Origin: Nitrospirota bacterium
GTDB lineage: Bacteria > Nitrospirota > UBA9217
NCBI GenBank assembly: GCA_963790205.1
Contig: CAWBNQ010000001.1
Location: forward strand, 768,001 to 832,000
Length of the DNA: 64,000 nt
Reading direction: 5' to 3'
Shown: in pieces, positions 22,151 to 32,051 of the stretch
Layout of the letters: every line of letters starts with the position of its first letter
Numbering within the stretch: position 1 is the stretch's first letter
Made by a program: the position numbers and the translations under genes
Notes under the pieces: model-generated
Databases searched by the model: none
What the model was told of the DNA's origin: nothing
The model's input: only the letters and a program-made list of their open reading frames with translations

Positions 22151-23100
22151 AGTATGGGTGAAATACCAGGACAACGCGGGCAAGATATCGGCGGCCTATT
22201 CCGACACCATCCTCGTGGACACCACGGCCCCGATCGGCAAGGTGCTCATAAACAGCGGAGCGAAAGTCATAACGAACTTGAAGGTGACCCTCTCCCTGAG
22301 CGCCACCGGCGCCACGTTCATGCAGCTGAGCCTTGACGGGGGGACGACCTGGAACGATTGGGAGCCGTATGTCACGAGCAAGAAAGTGACTCTCCCGGCC
22401 GGAGACGGGACCAAAGCCGTTTGGGCATACTTCCGCGACCTGACCGGAAACGTGTCGCTATTGACGAAGAGCAACAGCGTCAGCTACACCAAGGCGCAGG
22501 CCCCGGCCGGCATCACGGTCCCGACCTCGTCCCTTGTCACGAGTTACACGGTTACGTGGGGGCCGTCGGCCACTTCGGGCGTGACCTACGTATTGCAAGA
22601 GGCGACCAACGCAGGCTTCACCACCGGCCTGCGGACGGCGTACAGCGGCACGGGATTAAGCGCCGGCATCACGCTTCGCGTGCCGGGACTGACGTATTAC
22701 TACCGTGTGCAGGCGAAGAAGGCGGGGGACGAGTCTTCCGACTGGACAACGGGGTCGAACGGCTGCAATGTGGGCAAGCCCGCAACGCCGTCCGGCATGA
22801 CAATACCGCTATCGGACACTGACGGGAAGTATACCGTCAATTGGGGAGCATCCGCCACTCCCGGCGTTACCTATGTGGCGGAGGAGGCGACCGATAAGAA
22901 CTTTACGAGCCCAAGTCAAATATACAGCGGAGCCAATCGCAGCGTTTCCATCACCCACAGCATTGGCGGCGGGATAACCTACTACTACCGTGTGAAGGCG
23001 CAGAAGACCGGGTTCCCGGACAGCAATTGGAGAGCGGGCGCCAACGGCTGCAAGGTGCCGTAAAGGTCAGAACCGTCCGGCATTCGCCCGGAGCGATCAT

Positions 23101-23138
23101 AATAAACCCCTCTCTCAGTCATGAGAGAGGGGTTTATT
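23101..23138. terminator. Bidirectional intrinsic terminator between the adhesin and pepF
   Basis: AATAAACCCCTCTCTCA / TGAGAGAGGGGTTTATT inverted repeat between convergent genes. Confidence 0.85.
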
Positions 23139-23218
23139 GTTTCTCGAAACTCACCAAGATATTTTTTGGAGCATCCGCGGTCTCTGCCTGGGAAAATCCT
23201 CACGTTGCTGCTAAATGC

Positions 23219-25081
23219 TTAGCGCCACTTTATTTTTCCAAGTTCCTCCGCCAGTTTTTCCGTTTCGTTCAAGAGCCGCTCCACCTCGTTGAGCCCCCGG
23301 TTCCAGAAGGAGATGTCCGTGATATTGATCCCGAGCTTCGTGAAGATGTTCTTCGGCGAATCCGAAAGGCCTGCCGAGAGAAATTCTTTCACCTTGGCGA
23401 TGAACGCCGGGTCCTTCCGCACAGAGTGCTGAAGCGACTTCGAGATAAGAAGCCCGCTCGCATAGGAGTAGACATAGAAGAAATACCGGATATGGCTCCA
23501 GTAGACCCACCAGTTCTCGGACCCCGCTGATTGTTCCACGGCGTCCCCCATATAAGCCGCCATATGTTTTCGGAACAGCGTGCCGATCTCTTCTTTGGAT
23601 AAATATCCCTTTTCCCCGTACGCTCGATGAAGCTCCTGCTCGAAGCGATAACACGCGACCTGCCGGAAGATGGACGAAACATCGTCGTTCAGTTTCTGCA
23701 TCATGATTGCGAGCCGCTGCTCCTCATCTGCCGCGTGGAGAACCTCTTCAAGCACGAAATCCTCCATGAAGGTGCTCGCGACCTCGGCGGTCGAGGTCGG
23801 CGTTCCAAAATCGAGCGCGTGCTGTTTCTTCCTGATGAGCTCGTTGTTGATGCCGTGGCCGAGCTCGTGCGCGATGGTCAGCACGTCATGCAGTTTTCCC
23901 GTATGGTTCAGAAGGATGTAGGTGGGCTGTGTTATAAGATGGTGAATGCAGAACGCTCCGCTGTCCTTGCCCTTTTTCGGATAGGCGTCGATCTGTCCGT
24001 TTTTGATGAACCTCCCGAAAATATCGGCAAACTCAGGGTCGAGCTTGGCCATTACGATATAAACGAGGTTAACGGCTTTCGCGTAAGGATAGCGCTTTGC
24101 AACCTCTCCATATTCGACATTCCGCTCGTGATACTTGAGTTTCCCGGCCTTGAGCAGCTTTGCCTTGAGCGCATAGTAGCGCCTGGAGATGTCGAACCGT
24201 ATTGCAACCGATTCTATCAGCGAATCCACAACCTCGCTCTCGATGTCGTCGCTCAGGTGTCGGAGCGCGTCGGGCCGCGGCGTTCCGCGAAGCTCGTCAT
24301 CGACCTTCTTGTTCTGGAGCACGGAATTGATTTCCGCTTCGGCGACGTCCACGTGTTTGCTCAAAATACCGTTGAAAGCCTCTGCCGCCGCGTTTCGCAC
24401 CGGTTTTCTTTTGCTGTTCATCAGGCCGACGATCTCTGAAAAAGGCCTCACCCTTCGCTTCCCGTTCTCCAGGACCACGGTGCGTTCTTCCCTCGACAGA
24501 AAACCGGCGGTCATTTTCGTCCAGTTGGAATAAGAAGTCGCTGACTTGAGATTCATGATCTTTTCTTCGGGCTCGCTCAAATGATAGCGCGCTTCTGCGA
24601 AGATGCGCTCCAGAAAGTGCCGGTACTTCCCGAGAGACCCGTGCCCGAGGAACTTTTTCTGGTGTTCCGGGTTTATCCGGGCAATGCGCAGGTGAAAGAA
24701 CTGGCTGTCGTTCTCGATCCTTTTGCCGAACTCCTCGATCTTGTTGTACTTCGCCTTGAGCTTCGGGTTGTTCTGGTCTTGCTGCGTCCTGAGCCAGAAA
24801 TAGTATCCTTCGTCTCCGTCGGCGCCGTAGCCCCGCTTCCACTCTTCATAGTGATCGAGCGCCTGCCTCAGCACCTCGGGGTCAACGAGGTAATCGGCCC
24901 GGTCTTTCCAGGCGTTAATGAATTCGTAACTTTTTTGACCCACGATTGTGCGCCTTTTTTCCATGCGCGGATCATTGTCGTTTGCGAAGAGCGGCTTGAG
25001 ATCCCAGACGGTCTGTTCGACCCTTACCCTTAAGGATGGTTTCGGCGGTGTCTTGCGAGTTCGCGGCACTGTACGGGGCAT
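23219..25081 (-). CDS. pepF: Oligoendopeptidase F (M3B family)
   Basis: WDL N-terminus, GKDSGAF, TIAHELGHG, AEVASTF and FYVYSYA motifs. Confidence 0.9.
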   Translation of the reverse strand: MPRTVPRTRKTPPKPSLRVRVEQTVWDLKPLFANDNDPRMEKRRTIVGQKSYEFINAWKDRADYLVDPEVLRQALDHYEEWKRGYGADGDEGYYFWLRTQQDQNNPKLKAKYNKIEEFGKRIENDSQFFHLRIARINPEHQKKFLGHGSLGKYRHFLERIFAEARYHLSEPEEKIMNLKSATSYSNWTKMTAGFLSREERTVVLENGKRRVRPFSEIVGLMNSKRKPVRNAAAEAFNGILSKHVDVAEAEINSVLQNKKVDDELRGTPRPDALRHLSDDIESEVVDSLIESVAIRFDISRRYYALKAKLLKAGKLKYHERNVEYGEVAKRYPYAKAVNLVYIVMAKLDPEFADIFGRFIKNGQIDAYPKKGKDSGAFCIHHLITQPTYILLNHTGKLHDVLTIAHELGHGINNELIRKKQHALDFGTPTSTAEVASTFMEDFVLEEVLHAADEEQRLAIMMQKLNDDVSSIFRQVACYRFEQELHRAYGEKGYLSKEEIGTLFRKHMAAYMGDAVEQSAGSENWWVYWSHIRYFFYVYSYASGLLISKSLQHSVRKDPAFIAKVKEFLSAGLSDSPKNIFTKLGINITDISFWNRGLNEVERLLNETEKLAEELGKIKWR

Positions 25082-25462
25082 GCTTACTCCTTTAATTCAC
25101 ACGATGGCATGCGGCTGTTTCAAGTATACAATACAAAAATACGAAAAAAGCGTGAAATAGTTTGCATGATTTTCAGCGGTCGGGAACGCTCCGGACCGCA
25201 AAGTTTATCGAACGTCCGAAATCCATTCATCGCGGGTTTTCTCTGTGCGCTTGTTACAAGCTTAGCATGTTTTCCTTCCTGTTGATATCCACCCTGTTTC
25301 CGGATAGGCAAAAAACGCTTGACAATTCCATTAGACTATGGGATTATTTGCTCGAAGTTCGGAAGTCTTTGTTGCAAGAGGTCGCAAAGATTGTTCGCTT
25401 TGCGGCTTTTTTTGTGATATTTCCGCTAGCTTCAATTTCCACAGAAGGAGGTTCGAACCTGA

Positions 25463-25663
25463 ATGGCAAATGGCACCGTAAAGTGGTTCAATGATTCCAA
25501 GGGATTTGGATTCATTACCAAAGAAGACGGCGGAGATGTTTTTGTCCACTTCTCAGACATCCAGGACAGCGGCTTCAAGTCTCTGGCCGAAGGCCAGAAT
25601 GTGACCTTTGACGTTGTTGACAGCCCCAAAGGCCCCAAAGCAGCGAATGTCGTAAAAGTCTGA
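25463..25663 (+). CDS. csp: Cold-shock protein
   Basis: KWFN…KGFGFI…DVFVHF; long 5' UTR after TTGACA at 25319. Confidence 0.97.
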   Translation: MANGTVKWFNDSKGFGFITKEDGGDVFVHFSDIQDSGFKSLAEGQNVTFDVVDSPKGPKAANVVKV

Positions 25664-25685
25664 TACTCCAGTCAAACCTTAAACA

Positions 25686-25722
25686 AGGCAGGTCCCGATT
25701 CACCGGAACCTGCCTTTTCTTT
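25686..25722 (+). terminator. Intrinsic terminator after csp
   Basis: AAGGCAGG / CCTGCCTT stem followed by a T-rich tract. Confidence 0.75.
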
Positions 25723-25751
25723 TGTATCCCTTTTTATTTCCCTGCACCGAT

Positions 25752-26282
25752 CTAAGCAGCCTGTTTCAATGCGATCATGTTCAGCGCGCTCAGCGCCCTG
25801 TCGTAGTCAGGATGCTGGGACTGCTCATGGACGATTTCCTTATACCGCACGATGTTTTCCTTGTCGATAATGAAGATGGAACGCGCCAGAAGCCGCAATT
25901 CCTTGATCAAGACGCCATAGGCCGCGCCAAAGGACGCCTCCCGGTGGTCCGAGAGTCCTTTAACGCGGTCGATGCCGGCGGCAGTGCAAAACCGGGAAAT
26001 CGCGAAAGGAAGATCCATGCTGATGTTCAGCACCGCGACATCCTGGGGCAACGATGCCGCCTCGTGATTAAACCGGCGAGCCTGCAGGTCGCAGACCGGG
26101 GTGTCGAGCGACGGGGTAACGCTGATTATCTTGACCTTTCCAGTGAAAGCGTTCAACCCTACCGGGTTAAGCTCGCTGTCCAGAACAATGAAATCCGGCG
26201 CTCTGTCGCCGACATTGATGTCCGGGCCGATCAGGGTGAGGGGACTTCCTTTCATGGTTATGATGTTTTTCCGTTCGTTCAT
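25752..26282 (-). CDS. tpx: Thiol peroxidase (Tpx-type peroxiredoxin)
   Basis: PSLDTPVC, SMDLPFAISRFC and LARS motifs. Confidence 0.93.
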   Translation of the reverse strand: MNERKNIITMKGSPLTLIGPDINVGDRAPDFIVLDSELNPVGLNAFTGKVKIISVTPSLDTPVCDLQARRFNHEAASLPQDVAVLNISMDLPFAISRFCTAAGIDRVKGLSDHREASFGAAYGVLIKELRLLARSIFIIDKENIVRYKEIVHEQSQHPDYDRALSALNMIALKQAA

Positions 26283-26699
26283 ACTGAACCTCCTTACTTT
26301 CGTATTTCATCGTTATTCTGATTTATGAAAACCGCGTGCGCTCCTTTCTTCCCTCTCTACTAAACAAGATAGAGCATATCCTGTATATTGTCAAGGTCTG
26401 CGCCCTTTGGCGCGACCGCATGTCACCATGAAAATATAAGACAAAGATAGCAGAAGGAGAAGGGGGAAGGGACTGGGCAGCCGACCTTCAGTCCGATCAT
26501 TTTTTTCTTTCTTCCAACCTCCTCTTTATTGTCGGAAATGGCTTCAGGTACCTGTGCAGCAGAAAAGACCGTCCCAACCACCTCGGGGAACCCTTGAGGC
26601 TGTCTACGCAGGCCAAGCTAATGAAGAAAATGCCTTCACCTCTTTCCCGCCCGCCGGAGTAATTGTTCTCTACGAGAAAACAAAAAAATTTGGCTAGGG

Positions 26700-26733
26700 A
26701 ATTTTTTTGTAGGACGAATCCTACAAAAAAATT
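26700..26733. promoter_or_regulatory. Perfect 15-bp inverted repeat; candidate transcription-factor operator
   Basis: AATTTTTTTGTAGGA-CGAA-TCCTACAAAAAAATT in a divergent intergenic region. Confidence 0.55.
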
Positions 26734-26945
26734 AGACTTTGCCCGATACCTCTTTTTACATCCCTGTGGTAAAATTTTTTTGCCATACAAAAGAATTATA
26801 AAATTGGAGCCGGACCGTTAGGCGCTACCATTGAATTACGACGAAGCAAACAGGCGTCTGGATATGGATACAGGATCAAGGGTCTCTCCCGGAAGCGTCC
26901 TCACGAACATCGCAGCGATCATCGATCATGAAGAGAGGTGAAGAA

Positions 26946-27731
26946 ATGAGTCAGGAGGCCGGTGCAAAGAGAGTACTCGTGCTGGACAATGATGAGAGCA
27001 TGAGGACCGTCATGCATTTTTTGCTCGGGAGGGCCGGGTATAATTCGTATTTGACGGAAGCCAGAGACGAAGCCATAGAGTGCTATCGGGAGGCGTTAAA
27101 GCACGGTCAGCCCTATGATGCCGTGATTCTTGACTGGAATAGCAGGGGGGGAAGGAACATCATGGAAACGGTCAAAAAATTTTTCGAAATAGATCCCGAT
27201 GCGAAGGTCATCGTTTCCAGCTGCGTTCTCGACGGTCCGCCTATAACCAATACCAGCGAGTACGGGTTCAGAGGCGCACTGGCCAAACCGTTCACGAGCG
27301 ATGAACTGGAGCAGGTAGTGCATGCGGTGGTCAACGAGCCACGGCACATGAAAAAAGTTCTCATTGTTGATGACAACTACTATTTTTTAACAGGGCTTTC
27401 GATGAGCCTCTGCGGATATCTGAAGAACTGTAATATCCTGACTGCGGGAAACGGCGGAAAAGCGCTGGAGATCATGGAATATATTCCCGTAGACTTGGTC
27501 GTGACTGACCTTGAAATGCCGATCATGGACGGGTATGAATTGGTGGAGACCGTTAAAAAGAAACAGCCGAACCTCCCGATATTCGCCATGACGGGTTGCA
27601 TGGCTCCGGAAACGGAGAAAAGGGTTGCGTCCCTGGGCGCACCCCGATGCCTTGAAAAACCCTTTGGTTTTAAAAAACTGGCGGACATGATCGCGGCTGA
27701 ACTCGGCGCGCGGTCCTCGGTGGCGGCCTAG
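26946..27731 (+). CDS. Tandem double receiver-domain response regulator
   Basis: Two REC domains (VILD…AKPF; VLIVDD…VVTDLEMP…EKPF); alternative start at 26928. Confidence 0.85.
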   Translation: MSQEAGAKRVLVLDNDESMRTVMHFLLGRAGYNSYLTEARDEAIECYREALKHGQPYDAVILDWNSRGGRNIMETVKKFFEIDPDAKVIVSSCVLDGPPITNTSEYGFRGALAKPFTSDELEQVVHAVVNEPRHMKKVLIVDDNYYFLTGLSMSLCGYLKNCNILTAGNGGKALEIMEYIPVDLVVTDLEMPIMDGYELVETVKKKQPNLPIFAMTGCMAPETEKRVASLGAPRCLEKPFGFKKLADMIAAELGARSSVAA

Positions 27732-27774
27732 CCTGCCTTCTACTTTAAAGAATCGGCTCTCTCGGAGGGGGAAT

Positions 27775-28188
27775 ATGAAATCCATACTGCTGCTTGAAGA
27801 AGATCTTGAAGGAAGAGAGATTCTTTCGAAGATGTTGAAGCAAAGAGGGTATCGCGTAATGCCGGCGGAACACGAGACCGCCGCGTTCTCTGTTCTGGAT
27901 TCCGGCAGCCCTGTAGATCTCGTACTTGCAGGGGCTACCTTTCGCAACAGAATCGAATTTCTGGCGCACCTTCGCGAGCAATCGTGCTCGGTGCCCGTCG
28001 TGTTTCTGGCTGACCATCGCGATGCAGAGTCGAAGTTGCACGGCCTCGTTGGCGGATTTTATGTATCGCCCAAACTCAATTTATACCTTAACACGAGGCC
28101 TATCGAGTTTCATGAGCTGGACAGGCTGATCCGCAACGTTTCGGGTCCCCAAGGTACCGGCTGCGTCACGCGCATACACGCGACGTGA
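27775..28188 (+). CDS. Atypical (pseudo) receiver-domain protein
   Basis: ILLLEED…VDLVLAG; the phospho-acceptor Asp and conserved Lys appear to be replaced. Confidence 0.65.
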   Translation: MKSILLLEEDLEGREILSKMLKQRGYRVMPAEHETAAFSVLDSGSPVDLVLAGATFRNRIEFLAHLREQSCSVPVVFLADHRDAESKLHGLVGGFYVSPKLNLYLNTRPIEFHELDRLIRNVSGPQGTGCVTRIHAT

Positions 28189-28335
28189 GCTTCTCAGGTT
28201 CAAAATAGTCATTCACAGGCTCCCGTTAACCGATCGGTAAAGTTTGCTGCTATTCCGCACACGAATTTATTCTCGCGGACTGCAGATAACCGTGAAAAAA
28301 TATGGATAGTCTGATGTCTGTTTGGAGGGAATGCC

Positions 28336-28551
28336 ATGTGCAGGATTGAACTTCTCGAGAAAAAACGCCTAATAAAAGGATTGAGCTATACGGAAATCGC
28401 AAAGCAGCTGGGTATTCACAAAGTGACGGTTTCAAGGACGCTCAGGGGAGAAACCATGAAGTCCCGGACCGTAGTTGGCGGATTCCCTGCGTGTCGAGAT
28501 GGAAAGCCTCGTCCAATACCCGCCATCCGTCTCAACAAAAACGCAGCTTGA
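28336..28551 (+). CDS. Small XRE-like helix-turn-helix protein, probably frameshifted near 28474
   Basis: GLSYTEIAKQLGIHKVTVSRTLRG. The expected LADSLRVEMESL continuation lies in another frame. Confidence 0.6.
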   Translation: MCRIELLEKKRLIKGLSYTEIAKQLGIHKVTVSRTLRGETMKSRTVVGGFPACRDGKPRPIPAIRLNKNAA

Positions 28552-28574
28552 GGGACGCACCCGAGCTCGGGCCT

Positions 28575-30497
28575 TTACGTTTTTTTCCTTTCCTCCAACT
28601 CCCTCTTCACCGTCGGGAAAGCATTTAAGTCCGTATGCGGTAAAAAAAGCGCCGAGAGGTACTCATCCATGAAACTGCGCGATACGGACAGCTCCACGTA
28701 GGTCATCCTGTGCGCGATCTCTTCGGCCTCGTGCCGCAGGCGGTCGCACAGGAGCGCGAAGTAGGCCCCCATAATGGAGGTGTTGCCGAGGAACTGGAAC
28801 TTGTCCACGGGGAGGTCGGGCAGCATGCCGATGGTGATGGCGCGCTCGACGTCAATATACCGTCCGAACCCGCCCGCGATGTAGAGCTTCTCGATGTCCG
28901 TAAACTTCATCTCCATATGCGCAAGCAGCGTGGCAAAGCCCGCATAGATCGCCGCCTTGGCGCGGATCAGGTTGTCAAGGTCCGCCTCGGTGATCGCGAT
29001 CTCCTTGTTGATCGCGGATTCCACCCTCCAGGCAAGCACGTACTCCAGGCCGCTCTCACCCTTGCGGATGCGCTTGGACCCGATCTCTTCGCGTATTTTC
29101 CCCTTCTGGTCGATGACGCCGTTCAAGTACATTTCAGCCAGGGTGTCGATCATGCCCGAGCCGCAAATGCCGATAGGCTTCACGTCGCCGATGACCCGGT
29201 AGTTCACATCGTGCGTTTTGGGGTCGATCTCCACCTCTTCGATGGCCCCTTCCATGGCGCGCATGCCGAATTTGATGCCGCTCCCCTCGAAGGCGGGGCC
29301 CGCCGAGCACGCCGCGGTCACGAGCCAGTCCTTGTTTCCGAGCACGATCTCGCCGTTCGTGCCGATGTCGATAAAGAGCGAGACCCCGTCCTGCTTGTGA
29401 AGCTGCGACACGAGTACGCCGGCGGTGACGTCGCCGCCCACGTAGCTTGCCACATTCGGCATGGAGTAGACCATGGCCTGGGGGTCGATCTGGAAGCCCA
29501 CGCTCTTGCCGCGGATGAGCGGAAAGAAGGTAGCGACCGGGATGTAGGGCTCTTCCCTGATGAACTGGGGATTGATGCCGTAGAACAGGTGCTCCATGGT
29601 GGTATTGCCGGCCACCACGATGTAGTCGATCATGCCCGGGGGCACGTTGTTCTTCTCGGCCAGCTCCGCGAGCATGGTGTTGATGTTTCCCACGGCGAGT
29701 TCCTGGAGCTCCTTGAGCCCGTTCCGCTCCGTAGCATAAACGATGCGCGTGATCACGTCATCCCCGCACTTCGCCTGGCTGTTGTAGGTCGATGATGAGC
29801 CGATGACGTGCCCGTTCGCCATGTCTACGAGATAGACCACCACGGTGGTCGTGCCGATATCGACCGCCGCGCCATAGCGCGTGCGTGTGGCGTCGCCCTG
29901 GAAGATGTCCAAAATTTCCAATACCGTGCCCACGTTGAACACCGAGACCGTTACCTTCCAACTCCCTTCCCTTAATACGTGCGGCAGCTTCTTCAGTACG
30001 AGGTAGTTCATGTGGAGGTGGGAGGCATCGAGCCCTGCCCGGTCGAGGGCCCTGCGCACCCGTTCGAAATCCGGGAGGTTGTCGTCGAGGGTCGGCGGGG
30101 AGAGTTCGAGACAGACACGGTTGATCCGGGATTCGAGACATCCCCCGGCCTTCGCCATGAGCCGGAGGAGCTCTTCTGTTTTTGCGCCCGTTGCGATCTT
30201 GTGTTTTGCCTGCATGCGCGACTCGGGCGGGATCTCGACCACGAGGTCGCTCTTGACCCGCGTGAGACAGGCGAGCGTGTAGCCGCGCCCGGTCTCTTCA
30301 GCGCTTAAAAAAGAACGGGACTTGCCGCTCTCGGTTCTTCCTTCTTGAATGACGACCTTGCACTTGCCGCAGTTTCCTTTGCCGCCGCAGGAGGAAAGGA
30401 CATACAAGCCCGCGGCCTTCACGGCCTTAAAGAGGTTCGTATTGTCGTCGACGGAGAGGGAGACGTTGTCCGGCAGGAAGGTAATTTTGTGTTTCAT
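28575..30497 (-). CDS. ASKHA-domain 2Fe-2S protein (RACo/AcsV-type corrinoid reactivating ATPase, DUF4445)
   Basis: CGGKGNCGKC ferredoxin, DIGTTT, YVGGD, DIGTNGE, SAGPAFEG and GICGSG motifs. Confidence 0.92.
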   Translation of the reverse strand: MKHKITFLPDNVSLSVDDNTNLFKAVKAAGLYVLSSCGGKGNCGKCKVVIQEGRTESGKSRSFLSAEETGRGYTLACLTRVKSDLVVEIPPESRMQAKHKIATGAKTEELLRLMAKAGGCLESRINRVCLELSPPTLDDNLPDFERVRRALDRAGLDASHLHMNYLVLKKLPHVLREGSWKVTVSVFNVGTVLEILDIFQGDATRTRYGAAVDIGTTTVVVYLVDMANGHVIGSSSTYNSQAKCGDDVITRIVYATERNGLKELQELAVGNINTMLAELAEKNNVPPGMIDYIVVAGNTTMEHLFYGINPQFIREEPYIPVATFFPLIRGKSVGFQIDPQAMVYSMPNVASYVGGDVTAGVLVSQLHKQDGVSLFIDIGTNGEIVLGNKDWLVTAACSAGPAFEGSGIKFGMRAMEGAIEEVEIDPKTHDVNYRVIGDVKPIGICGSGMIDTLAEMYLNGVIDQKGKIREEIGSKRIRKGESGLEYVLAWRVESAINKEIAITEADLDNLIRAKAAIYAGFATLLAHMEMKFTDIEKLYIAGGFGRYIDVERAITIGMLPDLPVDKFQFLGNTSIMGAYFALLCDRLRHEAEEIAHRMTYVELSVSRSFMDEYLSALFLPHTDLNAFPTVKRELEERKKT

Positions 30498-30503
30498 GGG
30501 CTG

Positions 30504-30532
30504 AATATATCAGGGCGGGCATGAGGCGTCAA
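30504..30532 (-). promoter_or_regulatory. Sigma70-type promoter, leaderless start for the ASKHA gene
   Basis: TTGACG-N17-TATATT, then 6 nt to ATG, with no SD. Confidence 0.6.
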
Positions 30533-30646
30533 GAAATTTTTGGGTAATCCGACAGCGGATACCGCGTCCGGCGCAATCGTTGCGCGGGGATTGAAACGCT
30601 CTTTGGGGACTCGAAATGATTGACATCATTTCTGGTATACATTAAT

Positions 30647-31141
30647 ATGCAGAATCGGGAGGCGCAGGTGCAATCATTCGCCGTTCGTCTGGGAGCGCTT
30701 TGCTGCGTCGCGCTGCTGCTCTTCGGCTGTGTTACTGCACCGCCGGCAAGGCGCATCGACGGGTACTCGACCTCAGCCGCTGACAAGGCCGCGGCAACGG
30801 CCCTTACCATGGTCGGCAGACCGTACAAGTACAAGGGCGACAGCCCTTCGGGCTTCGATTGCAGCGGCCTTGTCCGCTATAGCTATCTTGCTGCGGGGAT
30901 GGACGTGCCGCACAGCACCTCCTCGCTCAGGTACCATACGCGACCGGTCTCTTCCCGCGACATGCGCAAGGGCGACCTGCTGTTCTTTAATGAGAGCGGG
31001 AAAAAATATTCCCATGTCGGAATCTATATCGGCAACAACCTCTTTGTTCACGCCCCCAGTTCGGGAATGACGGTCCGGAAAGATAATCTGCAGGATCACT
31101 ACTGGAAAAAACACTACCTGGGCGCAAGACGGTTTCCCTGA
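30647..31141 (+). CDS. NlpC/P60 (C40) peptidase lipoprotein
   Basis: LLFGC lipobox, GFDCSG and HVGIY…FVHA motifs. Confidence 0.92.
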   Translation: MQNREAQVQSFAVRLGALCCVALLLFGCVTAPPARRIDGYSTSAADKAAATALTMVGRPYKYKGDSPSGFDCSGLVRYSYLAAGMDVPHSTSSLRYHTRPVSSRDMRKGDLLFFNESGKKYSHVGIYIGNNLFVHAPSSGMTVRKDNLQDHYWKKHYLGARRFP

Positions 31142-31208
31142 GGAGACGAAGCATTGAGCTCTCGGCGGCAGCTCCTGTCGGACATGAGCTATCAGCCACG
31201 AACTGCTC

Positions 31209-31979
31209 TTACTTCCTGGGCTTCCTCACCGACTTCTTGATCGCCGCGCGAAGCTCGCGCTCCTCCCTTGCCTTTTGCGCAATACCGCTCCACAGCCCGT
31301 AGAGCAGGACCTGGAGGATGAGAACGGTCAGGAACCCGATACGCAGACCGTAACCGAGGGAGGAGGCGATCTGGTCCGCCATCTCCTCGATCTTCCGGTA
31401 GAGGATGAGCATGTTTGTCATGGCCGTGATCATCGTGACGGCAGCGCCGGCAATGACCCCTTCGAGGATGGCCTTTCCTCCGCTCGTGTAGCCGATCCAG
31501 AGTCCGGTGCCAAAGCTCGTGACGACGGCGAGGAGCCCAAGAAGGTAGAGGCCGTCGTTGCCGGAAAGCCAGGGGTGCTCTCCCCGCAGGAAGGTGCCTA
31601 CGGTCTCGATGCCGAAGGCGCCGTAGTAGAAACTGAAGGGCCTGCCGCTGAAATAGATAAAAAAAGCGACGAGCAAGATCTCGATCGAAAACTTGATGGC
31701 AAAGCTCACCCCCACGTCAGTAATGATCCGACCCGCGGTGATGTTCTGGAAAAGAACTTTCGCCCCGGCCTTCATCTCCTCCTTGGCTTTGGACGGCGGG
31801 ATAGGCCTGGCTTTGCCGGTTTTGCGGCGTTCGAGGACCTCGTAGATGATTGCGTAGAGAATGGGAATGAGCGGGAAGATGCGGCCTGTGTACGTATCAA
31901 GGTCAAAAACCTTGCTCACGGTGACCAGGCCGATGGCGCCGCAGATCGCAATGGTAAAGCTGAGAAAAAGGTTTCCCAT
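31209..31979 (-). CDS. Hypothetical integral membrane protein
   Basis: Long ORF with ~6 hydrophobic segments. Confidence 0.75.
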   Translation of the reverse strand: MGNLFLSFTIAICGAIGLVTVSKVFDLDTYTGRIFPLIPILYAIIYEVLERRKTGKARPIPPSKAKEEMKAGAKVLFQNITAGRIITDVGVSFAIKFSIEILLVAFFIYFSGRPFSFYYGAFGIETVGTFLRGEHPWLSGNDGLYLLGLLAVVTSFGTGLWIGYTSGGKAILEGVIAGAAVTMITAMTNMLILYRKIEEMADQIASSLGYGLRIGFLTVLILQVLLYGLWSGIAQKAREERELRAAIKKSVRKPRK

Positions 31980-32051
31980 GGTTCGAAATTATATCACCGA
32001 TGACCGAGGCTCATTCATCCGGCAGCGCCGGCAGCCAGAGCTTCCGGGCAG

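Larger units (their letters stand above)
14487..23063 (+). pseudogene. Giant secreted repeat adhesin (YDG/MBG-like 83-aa repeats, Ig-like domains, C-terminal FN3-like domains) interrupted by an IS
   Basis: AGGAGG SD and ATG at 14487; signal peptide; KTYDGTT repeats. Removing the IS and one TSD restores the frame (VKTV|WVKYQD) and gives ~2323 aa. Confidence 0.9.

Noticed and set aside
26430..26640. Possible riboswitch or small ORF upstream of tpx
   Set aside because: Only weak hairpins and an unsupported 25-aa ORF; no match to a motif I recognise.
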